44,148 bases of DNA from Azolla caroliniana (GCA_043228905.1 JBHGNT010000255.1:1-44148), one strand, 5' to 3'. Positions 1 through 10,378 are shown, numbered from the stretch's first letter. Program-made: numbers and translations. The notes: generated by a model from the sequence alone, not told the origin.

Positions 1-926
1 ATTAGTTGTTGGCGCACCATGATTGTTGTGTAGTTCGACGTTGATGATGTTTGTCCCATCATTTTCAAATTCCATTCCTGTTGCTTGAGGAAGTCTTAAC
101 TTTGTGATTTCCTTGGTAAGGTGTTCACTCTCGGTTTCTTTCATTACATATGATGACCTAGAAAAAAGACTTTTCTCATCAAATTCCACAGAACGACTAA
201 ATATTATTTTACCTGTATCAGGAAGGTAAATTTTGTATGCTTTTACTCCATATGGCTCCCCATATCCAATAAATTTTCCTTTGATGCATCGATCCTCAAG
301 TTTTGTCCTCTTGGCAGGTTGTATGTATGCAAATGCAGTTGCTCCAAATACTCGAAGATGTGATATCTCAGGTGGGTACCGATACCACATGGTGTATGGC
401 ACTTGTCCTTCTATACCTTGGTGACGGGTTCTGTTTTGTAGGTAACAAGCTATGGCGACTGCTTTTTCCCAGAATCTCGAGGCCATTCCACTCGTCTTCA
501 GCATACTCCTAGCAGCATTTAATAAGGTGCGATTCTTTCTCTCGGCTATCCCATTTTGTTGAGGTGTGTAGACAGTTGACTTTTGATGAAATATATCATT
601 TTTTTCGTTAAAGGCTTCCCATTCTTGTGAAACAAATTCCCCACCATTGTCACTTCTTATTACTTTAACTTTAAGTTGTGTTTTATTTTCAACAAAGCTC
701 TTATATGCACAAAATGCTTTGAATGCATTTACCTTTTGTTTAAGAAAGATAACCATTGTAAATCGCGAACTGTTATCAATAAATGTTATAAAGTACCTTG
801 CTCCGGAGAGTGAGTTGGGAGTTATCCATCCACATACATCCATGTGAACAAGTTGGAATAGTTCCTTTGTCTTTGAGTTACTTAGCGGGAATGATTTTTG
901 AGCCATTTTCCCATACATGCATCCTT
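1..926 (-). pseudogene. Copia-A integrase region, downstream of the DNA-transposon insertion
   Basis: Identical to 40963..41888, which lies in ORF 39859..41880 (HMDVCG, FIDNSSRF, IRSDNGGEF, PQQNGIAERKNRTL). Confidence 0.93.
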
Positions 927-962
927 AACACGTTCGCGTTCACAAGTGGAAGGATTGCGCAT
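927..962 (+). repeat. Left terminal inverted repeat (36 bp)
   Basis: 35/36 match to the reverse complement of 9014..9049. Confidence 0.95.
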
Positions 963-1295
963 TCCACTTGTAGAATCTTCTTAAAAGGAAGCAAGTACAC
1001 CCTCTCTACAAAAATTGGATGCACTAGTATCACATGTTCCTCAACTTGATGAGAATTTGCAAATATAAAAATACATGATAGGTCTACGAGTGGAGATCAT
1101 TAGAAATCATGCAAGTTTAGACGCGTTGATAAGTTAATGTAGGCATAATAAAGTTCAATAATGGCTCAATATGTCACTACTGTGCGACAAGGGAAACACT
1201 AACTTAAAGACTTATATTAATTAGGTAAGTTTTACAAAAATATCAGGTGTACTTGTATCCATACTAATAAAATGAGTTATAATTTATACTTTGAC

Positions 1296-1578
1296 CCATA
1301 CGTGCATGTATGTAATTGTGGAAAATGTAGGATAGTGCACATTAGGATAAGTGATTGGAATAACTAACTTATTAAAGTATTCAATACTTGTATTTAAAGT
1401 TGATCTAATCTATTCCTCAGTTTGTTCATATGGGATCAAACCATATGTATATAATTGTGGACAATGTAAGGCAGTGAACTTTAGGATAATGTCGTGGAAA
1501 TAACAAACCTATTAGGCTTTCATACCTGTATTTAAAATTGATCTGCTCTATTCATTAGGTGATTCACACAGGATCAAA
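1296..1578. repeat. Diverged ~140-bp tandem duplication inside the transposon
   Basis: The block ccata..gtat(g/a)taattgtgga..aatgta..ttaggataa..tgtatttaaa.ttgatct..ctattc..ggatcaaa occurs twice (about 1296..1440 and 1441..1578). Confidence 0.7.
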
Positions 1579-1971
1579 CTCTGAACGATAACGCAATTGG
1601 AACCATTATCAACACACTACACAATCTAAGCAGCAATGGAATAGAAACATAATAGTTTTAACAATAGAAGACAAAGATCCATAATAACAACATGGACAGT
1701 CATGGCAACAATTGTAGGGCCATGTTCTGTTAAGGTTAGTTGGACCAAAATCAGCCTCAATTTAAACTAATTCATGTTTCTCCATAAATTTGGTAGTCAG
1801 CTATGCACGCAGTGAAACCAATGTCATAAATCTACTAACCAAGTATATAAAAATAAAATTGAAACATATAGAAGATTATAAAGAATAGAATCCACTAGGT
1901 AAAACCCAAAATTTGTATTAATAATGTGAAATCCTAACAAATCGTCAGTGTCATTTTCTTCATAGAGTCTA

Positions 1972-4579
1972 TTACATAGCAATCAATTCATCAACATCAT
2001 TTTCTTCATCATCTTGTGTAGAACTCTCTTCGGCTATACGTGCATTGGCTTCCCCTATTAGCCGAGCCAACGAAATATCTTCTATAAGCTCATCATCAAG
2101 CTCTATTAGCTCCCCCGGTTCGCCGGCTAACGGAGGAATAGGCTCTCGCGAAGCAGGTTGAAACCTTTCTATATTAGCGAGGTTCTTTGCACCGACCTCC
2201 TCATCCTGGTCTGGGCACTCCCACAAAGCCTTAATCCGCATATTAATAAATATAACCTGGTCCTCGTCCTTCTCCAATGTAACTGTATTTCTAAAGAGCT
2301 TCAATGCACATGCAGATGTCGTTCCTGTGATGTAAGTAACAAGAAGATTTAGTTGTCAAACGAAAAAAAAAGGGATTGGTTATCTCAAGATCATTACCCT
2401 AGTTCGAGGAATACCTGTGCCAGAAAAGAGATCTAATATCCAGTCTCCTTCGATAGAAAACATCTCGATCAAGCGCATCATAAGTCGTTGAGGATTTTGA
2501 TATGGGTTGACAAGTCCCCGTTCTGTCGTGGTGACATGTCGCAATTTCCGTGTCACTGTTGGATATACCAACAGATTTGAACCTCCCACTTCATTAGAAT
2601 GCTCCTTGATTCTCTGTTTCTTAATTTCATCGAAGTAGCCAACCGTGATGTATTCAATGGCATTAACGAACCGAAAAGTTGGCCCTCTATTTACATTGGT
2701 CTTGATCCTATAAAAAATAATACATCGAGTTAAGAATAGATTGAACAACCTTAAGAAATGCAATATAGTGAAAGACACCTATAAATAATCCTTACCATGC
2801 AAGGTTCTTGATGCCATGGCAACGAGATCTCAAAGCTTGAGCTACCGAGTACCCTTGGTCCATACTATGAAAGACAACTATTCGCCACAAGGATGCAGTC
2901 GTTAGCTCAGCGAAATCCTTGACCATCTTCTCCAATTGTTTAAACCTAAACGGTTCATCGTCGTATGATGACCCAACCATTCGAAATCCGTAAGGAATAT
3001 CCGCAATCATTAGCGTATATTCCTTCTTTGGCACCTTTTGGATCAAGTCGACGTCATCACCACAAACCACATTGTAGAAAAGATCTCTCGTAATATCTTT
3101 TCTGTGGCTAAATTTTTTAAAGGAGCCATCTTCCTCCATTTCATACGCCTTGACTAAGCGACGATCCTTTTCTTTTCTGGCTCGCTCGAGATGTGCAAGG
3201 AAGGATGTAGGGAAATCGTGTATATCCTTAACTTCTCCTTGTTTCTTGCCTCGACACGGTTTCTAATAGAAGCAATATAACATCACGTATTATTATACAA
3301 GCTCTACATATTATGATGAAAGGGTAATGAAAAACCATCAATACTAACCCAATCCTTGAATGCAATAAAATACTCTGATAATGCCTTATATGAAGACGTT
3401 AGAGGATAATCCTCGGTCACTTGTTCCCAAGTTATACATCCAAGTTGTTTCATCATAACTTCTTGGATCTTCATGTACACCTTATGACTGTAAAATTAGA
3501 AATCAAGATTAGAACTTTGAATTACACCAGATAGACTACAATTTCAATATTTGAAAGAATTACTTATTGAACTCAGTGACCATTTCTTCAAGGCTTAAAT
3601 CTTTCGCCACAACCCTTGACAAAACAGACACAAGAAGCTGCTCGTCCTTAATACCTTGCATCGCTCTCCACAGAGATAGCTTCATGTCGTCTGCCGCTTC
3701 TTCAATTGTCAAGTCAATTTTCTTGGTGGCTTGTGACTTTAACTCTAGTTGAGGGTCAACCTTACATTTCTTTTGTCGTTGACCCTTTACCTCCTTATTC
3801 TCCCACATTGAGAAGATTTGATCTTGTAGGTCCCATACTTCTCCATCTCTAAACGCCAATTGAAACCAAGACTCATATTTTCGAAGACCATCGGACTTAA
3901 CATTATCATCTACAACAATGCCGACTTCATGCAGACATTGACGTCGTAGGCCTGGATGTAACTTCACACCAAACTTTTGTTTCACATCTAAATACTCGTG
4001 GTGGAAGAACCGTATACGCTCAATGGACGACATTTTCTGCCTATAGTCATTATCATTATTATGGTCCCATGCCAATAGCTTAGCCTCTTCGGTTGTGAGC
4101 CCAACATAAATTTTGCACTTGGCATACTTGAAGAATAAAGTCGTTGGATGTTCTCTCACAAGTTGCCAACGTGCCTCTGCTGAATGCAATCCACCAATGA
4201 CAAAGTAATTATATTGATCATGCTTTCTAATATCAAAAGCTTCAATGGTTTCACATTCTTCAGGATCTACCATAACAATAAAAGGCACCACAGTGGCATG
4301 AGGATTAATTTTCATTTTTTTCTTGAGATTTTGAACATGCATGCGCTGTGTCTCTCTAATCTCAAGTGGTCGTCAACCTGTTTTTTCATCAATAGGGGGG
4401 CGATGGATGTGTGTTATAGGCAAATTAAACACTTGCCCTTTCCTGACCAGTTTACGTTGCATTAACTCTCTCCTTATCTTATTCTGCTCGGATGACAAAA
4501 CACCCGATGCCAGCTCAGCTCCTGGTGTTCCCTTATTGTCCTCCTCTTCGTTTTCACTTGTTGAATCAGTGTCTGACAT
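1972..4579 (-). pseudogene. ParB/Srx-like domain + beta-class N6-adenine/N4-cytosine DNA methyltransferase (5 coding exons; one in-frame nonsense codon; true 5' end probably further upstream)
   Basis: Exons 4579-3564, 3487-3349, 3262-2796, 2707-2415 and 2324-1972 are joined by GT..AG introns of 76, 86, 88 and 90 bp. Phases match, giving 756 codons. Motifs: YFVIGGLHSAEA (ParB/Srx-like), LMIADIPYG (motif IV, DPPY-like), AWIKTN, NAIEYI, PYQNPQRLMMRLIEMFS, GDWILDLFSGTG|TTSACALKLFRNTVTLEKD (motifs X/I/II). Premature TGA at 4373..4375. Confidence 0.88.
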
Positions 4580-4807
4580 TTTGGTTGTCTTCTTCTTTGG
4601 TGGTCTTGACTAGACTTTGGATACCCTTTTTGTGGCCTTCAATGGGGAGGGCACTTCATCTCTTAGAGTTACATGGCCTTGTATATAAGGCCTCAAGGTA
4701 ACAATAAGGTTTTGTGAGCTTTCAAGATCTTTTTTGAACGCTTCTGGCCCTCAAGATTCCTTTACTAAAAGGTCTTCTGAAAGGAACACTTTATGTACCC
4801 CCTTAGG

Positions 4808-4964
4808 TTTTAAACGGGAACTCGATACGGCGTATCGCGTTCTTGTTTAAAAAGCAAAGGAAACATTTAAAGTTTAGTTTTTAAACGGGACCTCGATACG
4901 GCGTATCGAGTTCCTGTTTAAAAAACAAAAAAAAAATATGAACTCGATACGCCGTATCGAGTTC
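4808..4964. repeat. Three ~25-bp palindromes GAACTCGATACG-N-CGTATCGAGTTC
   Basis: Cores at 4818..4842, 4889..4913 and 4940..4964 (the last is perfect: 12-bp arms with a 1-nt centre). Copies 1 and 2 extend into flanking tttaaac...gtttaaa arms. Confidence 0.92.
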
Positions 4965-5180
4965 TTGAGCGACAAAACATATTTACAAAAATGTCCAGTG
5001 TCAGAGGCCTACCTGGAGTCCTCGCACTCGATTCTCTTTGAAGACATGGTTGATCGTGTGGCAGTGGAGGCGGAGATCGCGCTTTTGTGCTTTGTGCTCT
5101 ATGTGCTTTGTGTGATTTGTGTGCTCTGTACGCTCTGTACGCTCTTGGGTGCTCTTGTGAGTGAAATATGACGAGGTCTT

Positions 5181-5190
5181 CCTATTTATA
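5181..5190 (-). promoter_or_regulatory. Putative TATA box of the ParB-MTase gene
   Basis: cctatttata reads TATAAATAGG on the minus strand. It is followed by a CA-rich leader, an ATG at 5047 and a CAG|GTAGGC donor at 5013/5012. Confidence 0.5.
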
Positions 5191-5400
5191 GGGATTGACC
5201 ACATTGGTTAAAGTAACCATAGTCACCTTAACCAAGGTTGGTAAGTTTGAGGATAGTTAGTTGGTAACCACAGTCACAATAACTAGAGTAACTTATGATT
5301 GCATTAATGATTACGAAGTCAAACTAACATATTGATCAATCTTTTATAGTCATAACAACCTGCAATGACTTCAAAGGTCATGAAGGAGATAATGATAGAG

Positions 5401-5591
5401 GTTCATGAATGTACCAATGATTGATTACTAAAAGCAACAATTTTTATGACTCTCAAATGCTATGTATTAAAGATGTGGGCATGAATTAACCAATGATTGA
5501 TAAGTCTAATATTTAAAATGGTGAGCATTAAAGAACCAATGAGTGAGAGGTTCTATATCAAATATGGGTGCTATTAATTAGCCAATGATTT
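5401..5591 (+). promoter_or_regulatory. Four degenerate ~23-bp repeats, each containing CCAATGA (CCAAT-box-like), between the divergent genes
   Basis: catgaatgtaccaatgattga, catgaattaaccaatgattga, cattaaagaaccaatgagtga, tattaattagccaatgatt. Confidence 0.45.
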
Positions 5592-5779
5592 TAACATTAA
5601 TCCAACATATTTATGGCTTGGTAATGATTAGATTTATATTATACTTGATTTAACTTCATATAGATGTAGTTTAAATAATAATTGATATTTTAAATACAAT
5701 TACTTTATTAAAAATAAATTTTTTATGTATTGTATTAATATAATATTACATAATATAGACATTCTATTGATTTGGCTTT

Positions 5780-5851
5780 TGTTTAGAGAGAAGTTTATGT
5801 TTAGAGAGAAGTTTATGTTTAGAGAGGAGTATATGTTTAGAGAGGAGCTTA
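5780..5851 (+). repeat. 18-bp tandem repeat x4 (tgtttagagag(a/g)ag..ta; MFREK/EF)
   Basis: Four consecutive units, in frame with the transposase. Confidence 0.9.
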
Positions 5852-8691
5852 TTAGTCTTTTTCCTTACCCTAAGCACATAACTTATAGAGCCCTATCTAG
5901 ACCTTAAGCCCTGAGTGAAGATTCACCGTTCTCGATTGAAGAATATTGTTTGTCATCAAACTCATCATTTTCTACTGAAGAGTATTGTTTGTCGACAGAG
6001 TCACCATATTCGATTGAAGAATATTGTCTGTCGACAAACTCACCATATTCTATCGAAGAATATTGTCTGAGCTCATCTACAGGGAATGTAAATAATGACA
6101 CATGTGAAGAGTTCTCTATTGAAGAATACGATATTAATAAAGATACGGAGAATGAAGGTAGTGCCAAGGAAACATTGAATAACATTGGCGATGGTCACAA
6201 CAGAGAATTAGATTGTAACAAGGTTACACCAACCTCTATGCAGGAAGAGAAATCTGGGAGCCCTATGCATATTAGAAGAATCCCACGAAGAATTCGTCTG
6301 GCTAGATTTAGCTTGGTGACATCAGATAAACAGATTGGATTTGATGTCAAAAAAATATGTTGTGCCCGTGGTTGTATGTCTATGATTGGAAAATCAAAGT
6401 TGCAAGAATTAAGGCGATACTATTTTTCGATGATCGGTGATGAGCAAGACACTTACCTCGGGTCACATATGCAACTAGTATCTGACAAATGTATGGGGAT
6501 CAAAGTATCATTCGAGTATTATATCTTCCATGCGCAACAGATATGTAGAGTTACATTCAAAATTGCGTTATGTGTTAGTAACATGCGACTACATAGAGTA
6601 CAATAACGTCTACTTAGCGGGGATCAGATGCTCAATTGTAAAGAGGTTCCAAGTATGAAAGGTGCAATTGGAAGACATGCTATTGGTTGGATGAAAACTT
6701 ACTTTCAGTTAAATTGTGAAGTAATGCCCACTACAGGTAGGATGCACCTTTCCGATAATTATACACGTCGGGAAGTTTATGATGTCTATTGATTTGATAT
6801 GTTGGGCTCACGTAATAAGTCTATCACCTATAGCCAATTCACAAGATTATGGAGAGCTCGGTTTTCAAATGTTATTATTCCTCGTAAAGTACGTATGGGG
6901 TATTGCTCCATTTGTGCAAATCTTAAAAGTTTGGCTAAAGGTGCAAAGACATCAATGGAAAAGGATATGAGTAAGAAGTTACTACAAGAGCATCGTGAGG
7001 CACAATCCTTAGAACGAAAGAAGCCGATGCATCATAGAGAGAAGTGTTTGAAGAGGCCCGAACAATACATGTGCTTAATGATAGATGGCATGGACCAGAA
7101 GAAGACATGCTTGCCACATATGCGGCGGCTCCCCAAAGATGTCAATGATGAGTACCTTGTTCAAATGCACTTGGTGGGATGCTTGGCTTATAATAGGTCT
7201 GTTCGACCTCATGTCTTCATTACTTACCCCAATGTTCACAATGACCCTAACCTAACAGTTACAGTCATTCACCGAGTTTTGATGTCTTGGGGCCAACCTT
7301 TCCCCCCTATTCTATACATTCAATTGGACAATACTGCTAGAGAGAACAAAAATTCAACTATATTTGGCTATCTAAGTATGTTGGTCAACCAAGAATTGTT
7401 TAGGAAAGTGAATGTCAATTTCCTTTTGGTTGGCCACACACATGACCATATAGATAAGATGTTTAGCACATTCTCCAGACAGTTGTCTCGGCATGATGCT
7501 TTCACTTTACCTAAACTATTTGATGTCATTTGTGATGCATATACACCACACCCAAAAGTGTTACACTTGAAGGAGGTATATGACTTTAAGAGATATATAT
7601 CAGATGGGGGTGGTGGGAATGTTAAAGTGCTTGCTCAGTTAAACAATATAAGTTTCAATCACATTTTTATGATAAAGAAAAATGGAATAAGTGGTTCTAC
7701 ACTTTTGTATGCTAAACAATATTCATCTTCTACAACATGGGAACCTGAAGGTGGTTGCCAGTTATTACTTTGTATGCCGAGTACAATTGTCCATGGAGCT
7801 AAGCAAATGCCAATTGAGAAGAAAGGACAGTTGCAGAGCGACTTGGTATCAGAACAAAAACGGTCATGGCTCCAAGCCTTAGAAGAAAAAAGAAAGCATA
7901 TTGAGGCCGCCAAGAAATATGCCGCACAACAAGACACGTCATGGTGGGATGTATTTTATAGTGATCAGAAAGAAATTATAGACAATTGTGTATCTGTTGA
8001 TAATTGGAATTTGGAAACGCCATTCACATGGTCGCTGCAACATGATCGCGTAAATAGAACTCCGGAGCAACTAGTAAATGCGATTAATGATAGCTTAGTC
8101 CATCCACAACAAAGAGACATTTATGTGGGACCAAGGATGACCAAAGCAGTCGAAGCTAGATGGCAAGGCAATTTGCAAGAGCTCACCGCGGGGATGTTGA
8201 TTGCAACGCCGGCTGATGAGAACTCACATGGCCACCAATTTTGGGTTGGTAAAATTCTAGAATTGCTAATGCATGAAATAGAAAACATGATCAAGTCTAT
8301 AAATGTTCATTGGTACAACACTAGAAGTGCAAATGCTTTTACAGGTAAGTATACATTGGAGATGATTGAATGCCCAACAAGAAGGGGAGGTAGGAAGAGG
8401 AAGTGAAACATTCGTAACACCTCGACCCTTGATATCTCTGATGTGGATATCATCGTGTACGACTTCACACTTACAAAAGCCGGACGATTAAGAAAGTCAA
8501 CAATAGATATAATAAAAGAAAAATTACCAGGTCTACAAGGTGGCTCGAGTCAAAGGCAAACGAGATCTGCTACATATAATCTAGAGTCAAACCATTTGGT
8601 TTATGACGAAGATAATGCACTGATTGGTACATCCGAGGATGATGAGGAGGAATCGTCATTGTATATTAGTTATAGTAGTGATTCTCCGTAA
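5798..8691 (+). pseudogene. Sola1-like DDD transposase with in-frame nonsense codons (start uncertain)
   Basis: ORFs 5725..5907, 5950..6606, 6799..8406 and 8443..8691 share one frame and are separated only by single stops (5905 TAA, 6604 TAA, 6790 TGA, 8404 TGA). Motifs: ICCARGC, ICRVTFKIALCVS, CEVMP..RMHL, GYCSIC..EH, LMIDGMDQKK, LYIQLDNTARENKN, FLLVGHTHDHIDKMFS. Confidence 0.85.
5923..6078 (+). repeat. 39-bp coding tandem repeat x4 (SP(F/Y)SIEEYCLS(S/T)N)
   Basis: Four 13-aa units in the transposase N-terminus. Confidence 0.9.
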
Positions 8692-9013
8692 AGGAGTGAT
8701 CATGAATGTATATTTGGCTACTAAGTGTAACTACATTCCGCTTGTAACAAATCGAGTAATATAAAAGCATGTGTTTTGAATTCTTATGATTTCTAAAAAA
8801 TTGTTTCTTATAAAATAACATTGGTTGTAAAGTTTGTGATATAAATTGAGAATGTATCTTTTTGAAATTCGTCTTTTTTTAGTTACTTCTAAATCACGAA
8901 AATAGTGGATTTTTAACCTTTTTCATAGTATGTTTGAACATGTATGATACTGGTATCAATGTGTTTTGTAAAATCATTGAAAAAGCCCTAAAATTTCCCT
9001 TATCCTTCCATTT

Positions 9014-9049
9014 ATGCGCGATCCTTCCACTTGTGAACGCGAACGTGTT
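9014..9049 (-). repeat. Right terminal inverted repeat (36 bp)
   Basis: atgcgcgatccttccacttgtgaacgcgaacgtgtt, followed by the TSD cctt. Confidence 0.95.
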
Positions 9050-10326
9050 CCTTCACAAATATCAATAGATTTAAAGATTGTGGAAGGTAAACCTCTTACT
9101 AGGTTCTGATTTTGACTCAACTTGAGTATTGGTGTATGTAGATGACCAAACCGGCAATGCCATAAATAGGTGGGAGACACATTGTCTACTCCTCCTTGAT
9201 GTACTTCAGCAGCTAATGCTTCTCCAAGATTCGCCTTGATAGGATATAGTTGCCCTTGTTTTGGACATACAATTTTTATCTCATGTTGATCATCTTGGAT
9301 GTATAGGGTAGCTTGTTGTTTGCTGAATTTGACTGTCATTCCTTTTGCAGTAGCTTGTCCCACAGATAATAGATGTTTTGCAATTCCAGGTACAAAGTAT
9401 ATATCTGAAATTTGTACAACATGATTACTAATGAGTCTTAATTTGATATTACCTTTCCCAACCGCAACTTTTTGACCTTTGTCTCCGAAGGTGACCTTCA
9501 ATGGTATTGGGAGCTCTTGATAGTTGTCCAACCAGTCTTTTCGATATGTTAGATGGTGAGTAGCCCCGGTATCCAAGAACCAGGTGCTATCATCTTCATT
9601 TTCTTCAAATGTGTTTGCATTATATGCTTGAATATACTCTTCTTCATCAGGTTCTCCATTTTGTTCAGGTGCTTCTTCAAAAGAATATTATGGATTTCTA
9701 TCATCTTCTTGTTGGATAACCACATTATGTGCCTGGGGTCGGTTGGAGTTCTTCTCCTTTTGTCGTCGAATGTCTTCATGACGGATCTTAGTAAGTAGCT
9801 CAGACAATGTTGCCGTGCTACTATGCATAGTGATGAATGTCCCCCAAGGTTCAGGGAGTTTGCTTAACAATAATCCAATCTTGATGTCTTTTGAGATGCA
9901 GTTGCCGGCGGTAGTTGCATCATCCATGGCTGCCTCCCAAGTTGATAAGAAGGTAGGAACATCTTCTTCTTCCTGTAAAACACACATATTAAACAGGGTA
10001 GCTAAGGTGTGGAGTTTAGTTGTACCATCTTGAGGTTCGTATAGTTCCTTCAGTTTTGCCCACATTGCAGCTGCAAATGTGAGTTTTCGAATAATTTCTG
10101 ACTGCTTTTCATCTACATTTAACATTATCTCTAGTGTAGCTCTTTTATCCAGCTTTCGCCACTCATGCCATTCGTCTGACTCTCGTTTTGCAGGTTCTGG
10201 ACTAGCGCCAGTTGTGATGTCGAGGAGCTCCTCAACATCAAGTAGCAACTCCATTCGAGTCTTCTAGGTTTTGTAGTTTTTCTCCGTTAATTTTTCCAAG
10301 GTATATTTTCTGCTTGATCTTGCCAT
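9050..10326 (-). pseudogene. Copia-A gag / protease / GAG-pre-integrase (degenerate)
   Basis: ATG at 10326 and an in-frame TAG at about 10264. Gag-like ORF 9688..10254 (AAAMWAKLKELY, LLSKLPEPW). Protease motif DTGATHH and LWHCRFGH in ORF 8974..9576, truncated at ICEG by the transposon. Confidence 0.92.
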
Positions 10327-10378
10327 AGTGATAGTTTTTAGATTTGTTTATTTCAGAAAATCTGTGGTGAGTTTTGTT

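Larger units (their letters stand above)
1..3186. repeat. Copy 1 of a 40,962-bp-period direct repeat (recurs at 40963..44148)
   Basis: The sequence from 1 (attagttgttggcg...) to 3186 (...ggctcgct) recurs at 40963..44148. All ORF-track entries repeat with an offset of exactly 40,962 and identical translations. Confidence 0.97.
927..9049. mobile_element. 8,123-bp TIR DNA transposon (Sola1-like) carrying a ParB-like/amino-methyltransferase cargo gene
   Basis: Left TIR aacacgttcgcgttcacaagtggaaggattgcgcat (927..962) is the reverse complement of 9014..9049 with 1 mismatch. CCTT is duplicated at 923..926 and 9050..9053. Removing the element plus one CCTT restores the Copia frame ...IDICEGCMYGKMAQKSFP. 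Confidence 0.95.

Noticed and set aside
923-930. piggyBac/Kolobok-type TTAA target site
   Set aside because: TTAA arises only at the left junction (cctt|aac). The right junction is gtt|cctt, and the restored Copia frame requires a CCTT duplication.
233-1049. Short + strand ORFs (and their copies at 41195..42011)
   Set aside because: They are antisense to the Copia integrase or cross the transposon junction.
1972-4579. Bacterial restriction-modification system or contaminant DNA
   Set aside because: The gene has four phase-consistent spliceosomal introns, has no endonuclease partner and is nested in plant retroelements.
4938-5204. ORFs 4938..5171 (+) and 5001..5204 (-) as small proteins
   Set aside because: They derive from a low-complexity CA/TG-rich leader and the palindromes, and show no recognisable motifs.
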